Below, in pieces: positions 1-11,012 of a stretch of 64,000 nt of DNA (position 1 is its first letter; each line of letters starts with the position of its first letter). The stretch comes from Obrimoposthia wandeli. Its lineage: Eukaryota. The DNA lies in the NCBI GenBank assembly GCA_977020255.1, contig CDROCS010000122.1, forward strand, positions 62,001 to 126,000, given 5' to 3'. A program made the translations under genes and the position numbers. The notes under the pieces were generated by a model that was not told where the DNA came from, ran no database searches, and saw only the letters and a list, made by a program, of their open reading frames with translations.

Positions 1-167
1 GCACGGAAGCGAAGCTTATCTGCAGCATCTGATGCATTAGAGATCAGCTCGCGCAAAAAAATCTCTTTATTCGAATATAAAGAATGAATCATCAAATGAA
101 GTAATTGCTTTACTTCAGACTGGAAACCACGCGTTTCCTTGTTGATATGTGTACCTTGTTCGCTCAT
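1..167 (-). CDS. htpG: HtpG (Hsp90) chaperone, 5' part; runs off the window
   Basis: Manual translation [55 protein letters not shown] is the Hsp90 N-terminal signature; divergent from toxR as in Vibrionaceae. Confidence 0.96.
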
Positions 168-209
168 CTAGTACTCCGAAACAGTTAGTTTACGTAATTC
201 ATTAGATAT

Positions 210-234
210 ATATGGTCAAAGAATGTGTTTTCAA
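210..234 (-). promoter_or_regulatory. sigma32-type promoter for htpG
   Basis: Minus strand TTGAAA-13 nt-CCATAT upstream of the htpG ATG resembles the RpoH consensus. Confidence 0.7.
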
Positions 235-358
235 CCTAAAATAGACCTTTTCACATACTTTACATTTTTTCAGTGCGTGTTTTTATTTTTTTATATTCAG
301 ACTATATTCAGTACAAATATGATATATAGACGCATAAACTATATATCCGGGGCAAAAA

Positions 359-1231
359 ATGCTTAAAATTTCCACAAAATATTTAATCGGGCAACGATTC
401 CTTTTTGACCCTTACGATAACAGCCTGATCGATCAACACGAAAGTGATGAATTAACACGCCTAGGTAGCAATGAAAGCCGAGCTCTAGGTTTATTAATTG
501 AAGACCCAGGTGCGATTATCACGCGTAACCGCTTACATGATTATGTATGGCGAGAGCAAGGCTTTGAGGTTGATGACTCAAGCTTAACCCAAGCAATCTC
601 AACACTGCGAAAAGCATTAAAAGATTCGACAAAATCCCCAGATTTTATAAAAACCGTGCCAAAACGCGGCTATCAAATGATTGCGCCAGTTGAAGAATAC
701 AGCAGCGATACTAGCAGTTCAGAGTCCCCTGAAACAGAAGCCACTGATAATACTGACTCAACCGATGCAAGCAGCCATCACAAAAATGACATTCGCCATA
801 ATACGGCAGCAGCAACACACATTCATCCTTCATCAGACAAGCTGACTTCTAGTGCAGCAATACCGTCACAAAAAACCAAAGTATTAGGTTGGGTTGCTCT
901 TGCACTCGCATGCTTGTTACCCCTACTGGTTAATCTTAGTTTTCCACCTAAATCAGAAGCTTTTACACCATTATTAGAAGTAGATGGCATAACAGTCTCA
1001 ACGACGAAGGTTCACCCTGTTCTTAATAATTGGGAACCGATGATTTCTGAGTGTGTAACAACCTATTTAAAAAGCCATCAGGATACAATTCGCCCAGTTG
1101 AAATCATTGTAACGGGTGGTCAAAACAACTCAATTTGGTTGAACTATATTCACGACACATCAGTGCCAAATGAAAATGTAACGCTTCGCCTGCTAACAAG
1201 CCAAGAGGATAATTCGAAGCTATGCCAATAA
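359..1231 (+). CDS. toxR: ToxR transmembrane transcriptional regulator
   Basis: N-terminal OmpR-type winged helix (SLTQAISTLRKALKD...KTVPKRGY), S/T/D-rich linker, one TM helix, periplasmic domain; htpG-toxR-toxS synteny. Confidence 0.96.
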   Translation: MLKISTKYLIGQRFLFDPYDNSLIDQHESDELTRLGSNESRALGLLIEDPGAIITRNRLHDYVWREQGFEVDDSSLTQAISTLRKALKDSTKSPDFIKTVPKRGYQMIAPVEEYSSDTSSSESPETEATDNTDSTDASSHHKNDIRHNTAAATHIHPSSDKLTSSAAIPSQKTKVLGWVALALACLLPLLVNLSFPPKSEAFTPLLEVDGITVSTTKVHPVLNNWEPMISECVTTYLKSHQDTIRPVEIIVTGGQNNSIWLNYIHDTSVPNENVTLRLLTSQEDNSKLCQ

Positions 1232-1770
1232 AAAATAAATCTACCCAAATGCCCTCAGTTATCAAACGCTTTTGGCCATTTCTGATCTTGATCATTTCGG
1301 GAATATTTAGCACTTGGCTGTATTATTCAAGTGACTTTAAGTTAGACCAATTGCTGATGTCTCGTGAATGGCAATCAACCACAGTAAGCCGTATCGAAGA
1401 AACACAATTTGATACGCTAGGTATGCTACGTAGCGTGGAGCAAACGAGCCATGTTGTGTATTTACCCAATAAAACGTATTCGCGCATTACACTAATGAAA
1501 TTATTCAGTAATGAAGAATCTCCATTAACGTTACATATCTCTGAGTCTGGGAAATGGGATATTAGCGGTGGTTACTTATTAACGGAACCTGTTGAATTTA
1601 AAGATATTACATCAGGGAAAAATGCAGACTTTCAAAAGCAGCATCTTACTATTGTGAAAAAGGTTTTTCGTATGGATGCTCAACAAAGCCGTCGCATTGA
1701 TATTATCAATCAAAAATCAATGTTGCTAACAAGCTTAACTTACGGTTCAAATATTTTATATTCACTGTAA
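1222..1770 (+). CDS. toxS: ToxS membrane protein (alternative start 1249)
   Basis: N-terminal TM, SREWQS motif, overlaps the toxR stop. Confidence 0.94.
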   Translation: MPIKNKSTQMPSVIKRFWPFLILIISGIFSTWLYYSSDFKLDQLLMSREWQSTTVSRIEETQFDTLGMLRSVEQTSHVVYLPNKTYSRITLMKLFSNEESPLTLHISESGKWDISGGYLLTEPVEFKDITSGKNADFQKQHLTIVKKVFRMDAQQSRRIDIINQKSMLLTSLTYGSNILYSL

Positions 1771-1814
1771 GAATAATAACGATTGTAAAATATTATAAAG
1801 ACCGATTTAATTCT

Positions 1815-1845
1815 AAAACCACATCTTATTAGGTGTGGTTTTTTT
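1815..1845 (+). terminator. Intrinsic terminator after toxS
   Basis: AAAACCACA...TGTGGTTTT hairpin plus T run. Confidence 0.75.
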
Positions 1846-1978
1846 ATACATACATTTTGATGGTGAATAGATGTTGAATGCAGAAAAAGTAATTCAGATA
1901 AGCCAAGGCAACAAACATAATTCATTATTCTATCGTCTAAACAGACCCTCTTCTCTAACCCTTCCCCTAATCAGATCA

Positions 1979-2004
1979 AATAAGGAGCCACTAGGCTCCT
2001 TATT
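1979..2004 (-). terminator. Terminator after the porin gene
   Basis: AATAAGGAGCC-ACTA-GGCTCCTTATT perfect hairpin. Confidence 0.75.
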
Positions 2005-2036
2005 ACTATTCAATAATTTATTAGCTTATCGCTACA

Positions 2037-3068
2037 TTAAAATGCGTAACGAGCACCAATCATTGCTTCATTGTCAGCATTATCGCCTACATAAGAAACA
2101 TTCTTATCGTCATCAAGAAGTGCAAACTTATAGCTTACAAACGCAGTGAAGTTACCCATATAGTGTGCGTACTCAACCCCGATATTATTAATATCGAAAT
2201 CTTTAGAATCATCTGCACTTAGGTAGTTATATGTCGCATTTACATTATTATTACCAAAGTTATAACCTAAGTAAGCATCTACCGCATCGAAGTCACTTTC
2301 ATTCAGACCTGTACCACCATTGCTGTTTACCGCAGAAAGCTTACCGCCTTGGTAAGTCATCGCGACATCAATACCCATATCATGTTGGTATTGTGCAGCA
2401 ACAATAGCAACATTCGAATCAGCACGTTGATTACCTACGTTATTAATCTTTTGTTCACTACCAGAATAGCCTACACCTACGTCCAGACCGAAGCCAGTGT
2501 CGTAGCCTAGCATTGCATTCCAACCTTCATTTTTAGTTGATGTAGAATCAATGTTATAGCTTGCTTGGAAGTTTAGGTTGTTTGTCGCATAACCATAACG
2601 GATAACGTTTGCCGCGCGGTCAGAAGTAGATGCATTATACTCGTTGATGCTACCACTGAATGTTTCAGCTTTATCCGTCCAGTTTGTTAGGTAAGTTACA
2701 GCATTATCTTGGTGTCCGAAGGTTAAATCACCCATCTTTTTAGATGACAAACCCGCATACATATAACGAACTTCATTATCACCGCTGTACTCTTCATTTT
2801 CAGTAATTTCAAACTCTGTAAAACCAAGAACACTCAGATCATCATTGACAGCATGCTCACCACCAATATTCAAACGTACACGCGAGTTGTTTTCAAAGCT
2901 ATTATCATCGCCTGCTGTTTTATTTGCATCTGAAAAGTTAGCACGTACTTCAACACGACCACCAACATCAAGGCTTGTCGTGTCATCTTTATAAACTGTA
3001 GTAGCCATTACAGATGCACTTGCCATACAAGCACCACTAACAAGGATCGCGATTGTTGTCTTTTTCAT
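2037..3068 (-). CDS. General outer-membrane porin (OmpU/PhoE-like paralog)
   Basis: Signal peptide, GGRVEVR...NSRVRL porin motifs, C-terminal Phe (ARYAF); AGGAG RBS before ATG 3068. Confidence 0.9.
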   Translation of the reverse strand: MKKTTIAILVSGACMASASVMATTVYKDDTTSLDVGGRVEVRANFSDANKTAGDDNSFENNSRVRLNIGGEHAVNDDLSVLGFTEFEITENEEYSGDNEVRYMYAGLSSKKMGDLTFGHQDNAVTYLTNWTDKAETFSGSINEYNASTSDRAANVIRYGYATNNLNFQASYNIDSTSTKNEGWNAMLGYDTGFGLDVGVGYSGSEQKINNVGNQRADSNVAIVAAQYQHDMGIDVAMTYQGGKLSAVNSNGGTGLNESDFDAVDAYLGYNFGNNNVNATYNYLSADDSKDFDINNIGVEYAHYMGNFTAFVSYKFALLDDDKNVSYVGDNADNEAMIGARYAF

Positions 3069-3576
3069 GTTCACTCCTAACTGCCAGCGTATTTATTATT
3101 AGCCTTACTTGGCCAGATACACTTGGCTATGTTTAATTAAAATATCCGTAGTCGCCTGATGCGTTCATCCCCCGCCATGTGTTGTTACTCACTGGCGAGT
3201 ATTTTGAAACATCTTCCGTGGCTGTAGACTTCATTCCAATGATGGGAGGTATTAGACAATAGATAACAATGACTTATAAAGAAAAATAGACTTAAACATT
3301 ATTTATATAGTTATCGTTAGAAATTAACCTGATATAAAAACTAAACAGAGCTACAAAAAACTCAACAACCTAAAAACAAAAGACTAACCAACTGATATAA
3401 AATATATTTATGATATAGAAACCAAAGCGTACAAATAAAGAATGATAAATACTGATGGTTTTTAAAATGACAGTCAAAAGACAAAAAAATACCAACCACA
3501 GATTATCTCTATGATTGGTATCTATTACGAACTCTTTTCAATTCAATCGAAAGGTCTACTGTACAGTGTTAAGCAA

Positions 3577-4179
3577 TCAGTACAGTCTCTGGCGACCCGC
3601 CAATGAATGAGAAAGGGTTGTTCCATCAACAAGCTCGAGTTCACCACCTACAGGTACACCATGTGCAATACGCGTTGCTGGTACACCGTATTCATGGCAA
3701 AGTTCGGCAATATAATGCGCAGTTGCTTCACCCTCTACCGTAGGATTCGTCGCCAAAATCAATTCGGCAATCGTTTCTTTTTGTAGTCGGAACTCAAGCG
3801 TATCTAAGCCGATATCAGAAGGGCCAATACCATCTAATGGCGATAAGTGACCCATCAATACAAAGTAACGGCCAGAGAACTGCCCTGTTGATTCAACCGC
3901 AACAATATCTGCAGGGCTTTCTACCACACAGATCTGACCATTTTCCTGACGACGAGGATTGGCACAAACTGCACAAATGTCATCTTCAGTAAATGTACGG
4001 CAATCACGACAATGACCAATATCAGTCATTGCGCGACTTAATGCATCAGCAAGCTGTAAACCGCCTTGGCGATTTCGCTGCAACAAATTGAAAGCCATAC
4101 GCTGCGCCGACTTGGGACCAACCCCAGGTAGACAACGTAAAGCCTCCATTAATTGTTCCAGTAAATGACTGGTTCGCAT
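3577..4179 (-). CDS. recR: Recombination protein RecR
   Basis: [11 protein letters not shown] HhH, C4 zinc finger, TOPRIM (ATNPTVEGE). Confidence 0.98.
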   Translation of the reverse strand: MRTSHLLEQLMEALRCLPGVGPKSAQRMAFNLLQRNRQGGLQLADALSRAMTDIGHCRDCRTFTEDDICAVCANPRRQENGQICVVESPADIVAVESTGQFSGRYFVLMGHLSPLDGIGPSDIGLDTLEFRLQKETIAELILATNPTVEGEATAHYIAELCHEYGVPATRIAHGVPVGGELELVDGTTLSHSLAGRQRLY

Positions 4180-4182
4180 TAA

Positions 4183-4512
4183 TTAAAATGGCATCTTAAA
4201 GCCAGCGGGTAAGTTCATACCGCCGGTAACACCTGCCATTTTTTCTTTCTGCGTTTCTTCAACACGACGTGCAGCATCGTTAAATGCCGCAGCAATAAGA
4301 TCTTCTAACATGTCTTTGTCGTCTTCCATCAAGCTATCATCTAGCTGAACACGACGAACACTGTGATTGCCCGTAATAGTCACTTTTACAAGGCCAGCAC
4401 CAGACTCACCAGTAACTTCCATATTTGCGACTTCTTCTTGCATTTTCTGCATGCGCTCTTGCATTTGCTGCGCTTGCTTCATCATGTTACCCATACCACC
4501 TTTACCAAACAT
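4183..4512 (-). CDS. ybaB: YbaB/EbfC nucleoid-associated protein
   Basis: MMKQAQQMQ...GESGAGLV...[11 protein letters not shown]; dnaX-ybaB-recR synteny. Confidence 0.97.
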   Translation of the reverse strand: MFGKGGMGNMMKQAQQMQERMQKMQEEVANMEVTGESGAGLVKVTITGNHSVRRVQLDDSLMEDDKDMLEDLIAAAFNDAARRVEETQKEKMAGVTGGMNLPAGFKMPF

Positions 4513-4570
4513 ATTATCTCTCTCTATTGGTCTGGTTGAAATTCATTATGCTCTGTAGCAATTTGCTACA

Positions 4571-6832
4571 TTACAATGGCCTAATACTGTCTTCATCCAA
4601 CACTGCGGCAAAGCGCTGGCGGATAAAAGTGACATTAGCATCACTCTCTAAACTCTCTTTTGCTTGACCCAGCTTCTGCTGATAAAGCCCTTCTCGCCAT
4701 TCTAGTGGCGTCTGGCCTTTATCACTCAGCTCAATCTTTAAATCAATATCCGCACTCTGTAGCTCGCCAATTGCTTGCGCCAGCTGCTCTCGAGCTTTCG
4801 GATTATCTAAGTGACCCTGCGATTGGCGCAAAAACAAAGTAACCTGATTGTTATCTTGTTCAAACGCTGAATTTAACGCTAGCTGTTGAACCAACCGTCC
4901 TACATTTAGCTTAGTCACTAAATCGGACCAACTATCCTGATTTGCCGCTTCTTTGACAAGTAGTTTCGCCATTTCAGGGGTTTTTTCATGCTCTAGCGCT
5001 TGCTTTAATTTGCGTGGGGCAACTTCAAGCTTGGCTTCTTCTTCCGGTGCTACCGGCTGCATCGGCCTCCACTGATACTCATCTTTTTTCTCAGGCACAT
5101 TTGCTTGAGTACCATTTGTATGAGTCGCTATCATCGACGCCGGCATCGCACTGTTAGTTGCAGTGTTTCCTGTAGTAGGAACACGCATTCCCGTATGCTT
5201 GCTAGCAATACGGTCTAACACATTCGTTGCGACTTTTTTAGCTGGCGCCGGTTCACCCTTTTTTACAGGTTGCTCTTCATTACCACGTTTTGACTGGCTT
5301 CGTAACTTATTACGCGCAGCCAGTAAACCAGAAGCCGCTGAACGTGGTTGGGCTGGCGGTATATTCTGTGGTGCTTCAGGCTGCTCTGAATGAGGAGCTT
5401 GCTGTTGGTACTGTACAGGTGGCGGCGTCGGCTCTTGTCGAGAAGGAGCCTGTGGCATCGGCACTTGCTGATATTGCTGCTGCTCTGCTGGTACTGTACC
5501 CGCTGATTCCTGAATAGAACTTGGACTAGCGGCTAATTGCTGATCACTATGTTGTGGGGCTACAGCGTGAGGGGCTACAACTTGTGGAGTAGCGGCTTGT
5601 GGCTGCGATCCCATCTGTGCTTTTAATGCTTGAACACGCTGCATACCTTGTTGCGGCGCATTAGGCACTCTTCCAGATTGCATCGTCGGTGCAGCAGTAG
5701 GCTCGCTTGCTGGTACATTAATAGATTGAGGTGTAATGCCACTGCCCGATACCGGTCTGAACGCCAACATGCGCAGCAACACCATTTCTAGCCCTATACG
5801 ACCATCAGGTGCGAACGCTAAATCTTGACGACCTTGCAATGCAATTTGATAACACAGCTGAACATCTTGCGGTGCCATTGCTGAACTCAGCGTAATAATA
5901 CGATCAGCATCTGGGGCACTCATATCTAAGGCTGCCGGTAATGCCTGATGCATGGCAACACGGTGTAACTGTGCGGCTAATTCACGTAGTAAACTATCCC
6001 ATTCCACACCCACATTCGCGAGCTCTTCAAGCCCACCCATCGCGGTATTTGCTTGACCGTTAGAAACAGCCTCTAACAAAAACAATGCTTGATCTGTATT
6101 TAACGTACCCAACATCATTGAAACCGAATCAGCATGAACTTGGCCATTACCCAGCGCTATCGCTTGGTCAGTCAAACTTAATGCATCACGCATACTACCT
6201 TCGGCAGCACGTGATAATAGGCTTAATGCTTTCGGTTCAAAATCAACATTTTCTTGGGTTAAGACCTTTGATAACTGGCTTTGAATCTGATCATTGTCTA
6301 AATGCTTTAGATGAAACTGCAAACAACGAGATAAAATCGTCACTGGCAATTTTTGAGGATCAGTGGTGGCCAGAATAAATTTAACGTATTCCGGTGGCTC
6401 TTCCAGCGTCTTTAATAAGGCGTTAAAACTATGACGAGATAGCATGTGCACTTCATCAATTAAGTACACTTTAAAACGGCCACGTGCAGGCTTATACTGA
6501 ACGTTATCAAGTAACTCACGCGTATCTTCTACTTTTGTTCTTGATGCGGCATCGATCTCTAATAGATCAACAAAACGTCCCTCATCAATTTCTTTACACG
6601 TACCACATTGCCCACAAGGTGTTGCTGTAACACCTTGTTCACAGTTAAGCCCTTTGGCAAAAATTCGTGCAATAGAGGTTTTACCCACACCTCGGGTACC
6701 ACTAAATAAATATGCGTGGTGAAGGCGGTTATGCGTGAGAGCGTTAGACAGCGCAGTCAATACATGTGACTGCCCTACTACATCACTAAATTGATACGGT
6801 CGCCATTTCCGTGCCAGAACCTGATAACTCAT
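4571..6832 (-). CDS. dnaX: DNA polymerase III tau/gamma subunit
   Basis: MSYQVLARKWRP, GTRGVGKT Walker A, DEVHML, SRC motif; long Q/P-rich linker. Confidence 0.99.
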   Translation of the reverse strand: MSYQVLARKWRPYQFSDVVGQSHVLTALSNALTHNRLHHAYLFSGTRGVGKTSIARIFAKGLNCEQGVTATPCGQCGTCKEIDEGRFVDLLEIDAASRTKVEDTRELLDNVQYKPARGRFKVYLIDEVHMLSRHSFNALLKTLEEPPEYVKFILATTDPQKLPVTILSRCLQFHLKHLDNDQIQSQLSKVLTQENVDFEPKALSLLSRAAEGSMRDALSLTDQAIALGNGQVHADSVSMMLGTLNTDQALFLLEAVSNGQANTAMGGLEELANVGVEWDSLLRELAAQLHRVAMHQALPAALDMSAPDADRIITLSSAMAPQDVQLCYQIALQGRQDLAFAPDGRIGLEMVLLRMLAFRPVSGSGITPQSINVPASEPTAAPTMQSGRVPNAPQQGMQRVQALKAQMGSQPQAATPQVVAPHAVAPQHSDQQLAASPSSIQESAGTVPAEQQQYQQVPMPQAPSRQEPTPPPVQYQQQAPHSEQPEAPQNIPPAQPRSAASGLLAARNKLRSQSKRGNEEQPVKKGEPAPAKKVATNVLDRIASKHTGMRVPTTGNTATNSAMPASMIATHTNGTQANVPEKKDEYQWRPMQPVAPEEEAKLEVAPRKLKQALEHEKTPEMAKLLVKEAANQDSWSDLVTKLNVGRLVQQLALNSAFEQDNNQVTLFLRQSQGHLDNPKAREQLAQAIGELQSADIDLKIELSDKGQTPLEWREGLYQQKLGQAKESLESDANVTFIRQRFAAVLDEDSIRPL
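5253..5264 (-). promoter_or_regulatory. Programmed -1 frameshift site producing gamma
   Basis: In-frame A AAA AAG (5264-5258) followed by GGG TGA in the -1 frame (stop 5255-5253), the same arrangement as E. coli dnaX. Confidence 0.8.
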
Positions 6833-6996
6833 GTCGTATAGCCCTACAAAATCAAGAGTTCAATGCTAGCACAGAGAGGGTATTTGAGCGAGAGGGCGCA
6901 ATGATGAGCGCCCAATCATTAGCCAGATTTAAGTAATTCTGGCTAGAGGAAATAATTAACTATCCTAATCACTGCGTTTAATGATCCAAACAACCA

Positions 6997-7557
6997 TTAA
7001 TGGCCGTCGAAATCGCAAATGCTAAATACATTTAGGCCAATCCCTTTTAAACGCTCTTCACCGCCAATGTCTGGTAAATTAATAACGAACGCAGCATCTT
7101 CAACCACACCGCCTAAACGACGGGCTAGCTTTGTTGTGGCTTCAATTGTACCGCCAGTTGCGAGTAGATCATCAACAAGCAGAACCTTGTCACCTTCTAC
7201 AATAGCATCGACGTGAATTTCAAGTATGTCTTTGCCGTATTCCAATTCATAGCTTTCAGAAATAACTTCGCGTGGTAATTTACCCGGCTTACGCACTGGC
7301 ACAAAACCCACACCTAACTCTAATGCTAAAGGAGCACCAAACAGAAAACCACGCGCTTCAGTACCAATGACCTTGGTAATTCCTTTATTGCTGTAACGCT
7401 CAATCAGCACCTGCATAGTGGCACGATAAGCTTCAGGATCTTCCATCAGGCTTGTTACATCACGGAATAAGATACCTGGCTTAGGGTAATCAGAAATTGA
7501 TTTAATACTGTTTCTAATCAACGTTAGTTGTTCGTTATTTACGGTTTCTTTAGTCAT
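6997..7557 (-). CDS. apt: Adenine phosphoribosyltransferase
   Basis: [25 protein letters not shown] motif. Confidence 0.98.
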   Translation of the reverse strand: MTKETVNNEQLTLIRNSIKSISDYPKPGILFRDVTSLMEDPEAYRATMQVLIERYSNKGITKVIGTEARGFLFGAPLALELGVGFVPVRKPGKLPREVISESYELEYGKDILEIHVDAIVEGDKVLLVDDLLATGGTIEATTKLARRLGGVVEDAAFVINLPDIGGEERLKGIGLNVFSICDFDGH

Positions 7558-7712
7558 AGTAGTTTTCCACGCACCCAATATACTCTACGAGTTGAATGCT
7601 AAAAGCGAAGTAAATGCCAGCGTTGGCAGGCTTAAACAAAAATACCAAACTGAATGATTATCTGCTTAATCAAAGAGAATGGTTCAGTTTGGTATTCTTA
7701 CAGCCAGCAATT

Positions 7713-8111
7713 TTATTGCTTTTCTTGAGTTGTAGCAACCGACTCCATTACAGGCAATCGATTAAACCAAATAAGGAGTGTCGCAGCGATCACAATCAGC
7801 ATCATTTTATGCCAAAGAAGCGGGACGATATAAATAGAAAAAGCAAAACTCAGCACTATCGACATATTTGCTCGACGTTTTACAACAGTAGATACAGCAC
7901 GATGCTGATGCCAATTATTCAAGATAGAACCAAAATGAGGATGCCGATGTAGCCAATGACTTAAACGCGGCGAACCTCGCATAAAACAAGCACTCGCTAA
8001 CAATAGAAATGGCGTAGTGGGTAATAAAGGCAGAAAGATACCGATAACACCGAGTACAACACACATCCACCCTATCGTTATCAGCAGTGTCCGTTTAATC
8101 AAATCCCTCAT
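7713..8111 (-). CDS. ybaN: YbaN/DUF454 inner-membrane protein
   Basis: GIFLPLLPTTPFLLLA motif; adjacent to apt. Confidence 0.93.
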   Translation of the reverse strand: MRDLIKRTLLITIGWMCVVLGVIGIFLPLLPTTPFLLLASACFMRGSPRLSHWLHRHPHFGSILNNWHQHRAVSTVVKRRANMSIVLSFAFSIYIVPLLWHKMMLIVIAATLLIWFNRLPVMESVATTQEKQ

Positions 8112-8699
8112 TATCTACTCCAAAATACAACATTTTCTGATTCTAATGCCAAGTTACCCCAAGGTGCTCGCTTCAGCGAGAATTTATTGGATTGTAGGCA
8201 GGGCACTCATTTATAAACCTCGTGGTTCTACGTTGAAAATGAGATAAAAGAGAGAAGAAAAAATATCGGTTATAAGGGTGTGATAGTCATCTGTACAACA
8301 CGCAACAACGAAGTACGCCTATTGTACAAATGACATGCAATGTAGCGTTACAACATTAACGTGTAAACATACCTATTAATGTTAAACTTGCAGGTAGAGT
8401 AGCAATTAGTAATGCGCCTAAAAGGCCCACAAAATAAGTAAAACTGTATGGGTCTTTAAAATCATGGTCCATTTTATACTTCCTTCTTCGACTATTTTGA
8501 GCGACTGATAAGATTTCGATTCGAAGCTTCTTCGAGCTCCAATTATTGTTTGGCTACTATAGCGAATAAAGAAAGTGACAAAAACCGAAGGAAAATGAGG
8601 ATATTCGAGCAAAGAGTCATAAAGGTTTGATTCAAATCACAATCAAAGAATAAATGCGATCTAGACTGAATTCACCACCACTAAGAAAATAAAGCAGCT

Positions 8700-9062
8700 A
8701 TGACAACGTCAGACATTATTTACCAAGAATTGCAAAGTAACCTAGAACAAGAGCACCTGATGCTCGCAAAAGATCTCAAACACGAAATGCAGCTCAATAC
8801 ACTCGTACCATCAGCATTAAGCATTGAAAATGCAGATCTAAACAAACTGATCATGATGGCAAAATCCTCTTTTATTCCTAACTTGTTTGATCTGGCTATT
8901 CGAATGGAAAAAGTGGATGCAGCGGTATACTCAATTAAGTTAGGCATGTATGGCTTGTGCGTCGATTGCGAAGAAGAAATTGATGCATCAGAGCTAAAAG
9001 CCGATCCTGCTCAACCACGCTGCCATGCTTGTCGCGATCATAGTCGTTATCATCATGACTAG
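8700..9062 (+). CDS. TraR/DksA C4-type zinc-finger protein
   Basis: YGLCxxC-x17-CxxC at the C-terminus. Confidence 0.8.
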   Translation: MTTSDIIYQELQSNLEQEHLMLAKDLKHEMQLNTLVPSALSIENADLNKLIMMAKSSFIPNLFDLAIRMEKVDAAVYSIKLGMYGLCVDCEEEIDASELKADPAQPRCHACRDHSRYHHD

Positions 9063-9214
9063 GCATTACATAGCCAGTCCCCCGCAAACAAAAAAAACAA
9101 CAAACAAGAAAAGGGCAACGAATCATTTTAGATCCCTCGCCCTCATCTTGTTAGCAGCTTAAAAGCAAAGTACGTATAAAGGACTCGTACTCCTGCCCCT
9201 ATTAATCATTAGCG

Positions 9215-9865
9215 TTAGTTAAAATCATGCTCTGCAGCCCAGATCTTAAATGCTTTCTTTTCTTTGGCAGATGCCTTGGTATACCACATTTTAAGCTGAG
9301 TTAAAGAATCACCCGTGATTTCTATTTTTCCTGCTGCATCGACCTTCACCGCGACTTGTTCTAAATCAACCGCATAACCTTGCTCAAATACGATGCCATG
9401 CTTACTGTTGTATTTAGCAACTAGCTCTTCCATATTACTGTAAGAACCAAAACCATCACCTTGCAGCTCCACGGTTTTAAGCACTTCTTTTGTGCCATCG
9501 GTATATTCCAGAGCCCAATTTGCACCACGATCAAAGTAAGCGGTGGTTTGTGAAAGTGTCGTCAATGTTGGCAATACAATTTTGGCATTTTTATCTGCGA
9601 CATTCACATCAAACAAGTAAGGGCGTGTAGTGTAAATTGTATTTTTTGAGCCATTTTTCACTTCACCATCAAAGCGAATCACGATTTGGTGTTTACCATC
9701 GGCCAGCTCCACACTTTCAGTGGGTGACCAATAAGACGATTCCACCTTCTTACCATCAACCACTAACAACTCAATATTTTTACTGGTCGACAGGGTTGCA
9801 GCTTGCGCCCCAGCAGTCGCAAATACCATGATTGCCAACGATGTTAAAAGCGCACATTTTTTCAT
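9215..9865 (-). CDS. DUF2057 (YccT-like) exported protein
   Basis: Signal peptide, [10 protein letters not shown]-terminal [18 protein letters not shown]. Confidence 0.8.
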   Translation of the reverse strand: MKKCALLTSLAIMVFATAGAQAATLSTSKNIELLVVDGKKVESSYWSPTESVELADGKHQIVIRFDGEVKNGSKNTIYTTRPYLFDVNVADKNAKIVLPTLTTLSQTTAYFDRGANWALEYTDGTKEVLKTVELQGDGFGSYSNMEELVAKYNSKHGIVFEQGYAVDLEQVAVKVDAAGKIEITGDSLTQLKMWYTKASAKEKKAFKIWAAEHDFN

Positions 9866-9991
9866 GTTAATAAATCCTTTTGTAAGACGGTAAATAATAT
9901 ACCCATTCATTTTGCCACTATTCTGTAATGACACGCTACATAGCATTAGAGAGTAAATCACCAGAAACAAAATGAATGCGGTGTAGATAGC

Positions 9992-10018
9992 AGAAAGCCG
10001 CCCAAAAGGCGGCTTTCT
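9992..10018 (-). terminator. Terminator after ompH
   Basis: AGAAAGCCGCC-CAAAA-GGCGGCTTTCT. Confidence 0.8.
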
Positions 10019-10046
10019 TAAGAAGTTATCTTAGATTGAATCAATC

Positions 10047-11012
10047 TTAGAAAGTTACTTCCATACCAGCTACGTAACCGAACTCAGAATCTGTTTCATC
10101 TGAAGTACCGATTTCGCCGTAAACTTTAACGTTGCTGTGAAGCTGCTGAGTAACGTTCGCGTAGAATACGTTTACATCTTCATCTTCAGGTGCCCAGTAT
10201 GTGTAACCTAGAGCGAAAGTAGTTTTGTCCATAGTGTATGAACCAGCTAGAGCTGCAGTATCTGCATCAACTTTAGTTGCAGTATTTGAAGCTAGCTCGT
10301 AGTCAACCTGACCAAAAGAAGCAGAGAATGCAAATGCATCCATTACGTATTCAGCTTCAAGATTGTAACCGTCAATGTTGATAGCTCGTGCTTTACCAGC
10401 TGCATCCTTGAAGATATCAAACTTATCAGAGCTTACGTCATCACCAGAATATAAGTAAACACGTGCATCAAGGTTACCAAAACGCGCACCTAAACGACCG
10501 TCATATACTGTTGTTTCATCACCATTGTCTTTGCCATCTTCTTGAAGAAGTGCAGATACACCAGCGTAGAATTGACCATTGTCAAAAATGTACTTGATAA
10601 CTTGATTGCCATCCGCCTGAACGAAGTCAACACCGTCGCCACCTAGTTCGTAATCTTTACCAATGCCTGAATCATCAGCAATTAAGTATTGACGACCGAA
10701 AGTAAGTGTACCGAAATCACCACCAACACCAACCCATAACTCATCGCTAGTTACTTCTTCGTCTTCAAACTTAAACGCAATACCAGAAACAGCATTCATT
10801 TGGTCAGAAATAGCAATTGTTGCGTTAACTGCTAGGTCACCATCATCCAAACGGATTTTAGACTTGCTATCTTTTGCATAGCCTTGGAAGTACTGAACTT
10901 CAGCCGCACCAGACATATCGACTTTAACGCCGTCTGCATCATATAGGTTGATGCCTGCATTTGCTGAACCAGCTGCAGTTAAAATTGCTAGTGCTACAAG
11001 AGTCTTTTTCAT
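10047..11012 (-). CDS. ompH: Porin OmpH (Photobacterium), OmpT-like
   Basis: MKKTLVALAILTAAGSANAGINLYDADGVKVD...FGYVAGMEVTF closely matches the recalled P. profundum OmpH; located before dinG like Vibrio ompT. Confidence 0.85.
   Translation of the reverse strand: MKKTLVALAILTAAGSANAGINLYDADGVKVDMSGAAEVQYFQGYAKDSKSKIRLDDGDLAVNATIAISDQMNAVSGIAFKFEDEEVTSDELWVGVGGDFGTLTFGRQYLIADDSGIGKDYELGGDGVDFVQADGNQVIKYIFDNGQFYAGVSALLQEDGKDNGDETTVYDGRLGARFGNLDARVYLYSGDDVSSDKFDIFKDAAGKARAINIDGYNLEAEYVMDAFAFSASFGQVDYELASNTATKVDADTAALAGSYTMDKTTFALGYTYWAPEDEDVNVFYANVTQQLHSNVKVYGEIGTSDETDSEFGYVAGMEVTF

Noticed and set aside
5233-5239. Second AAAAAAG in dnaX
   Set aside because: It is phased AAA AAA G, not X XXY YYZ, so it is not a -1 slippery site.
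8418-8612. 64-aa intergenic ORF
   Set aside because: No RBS, motif or recognisable family; probably spurious.
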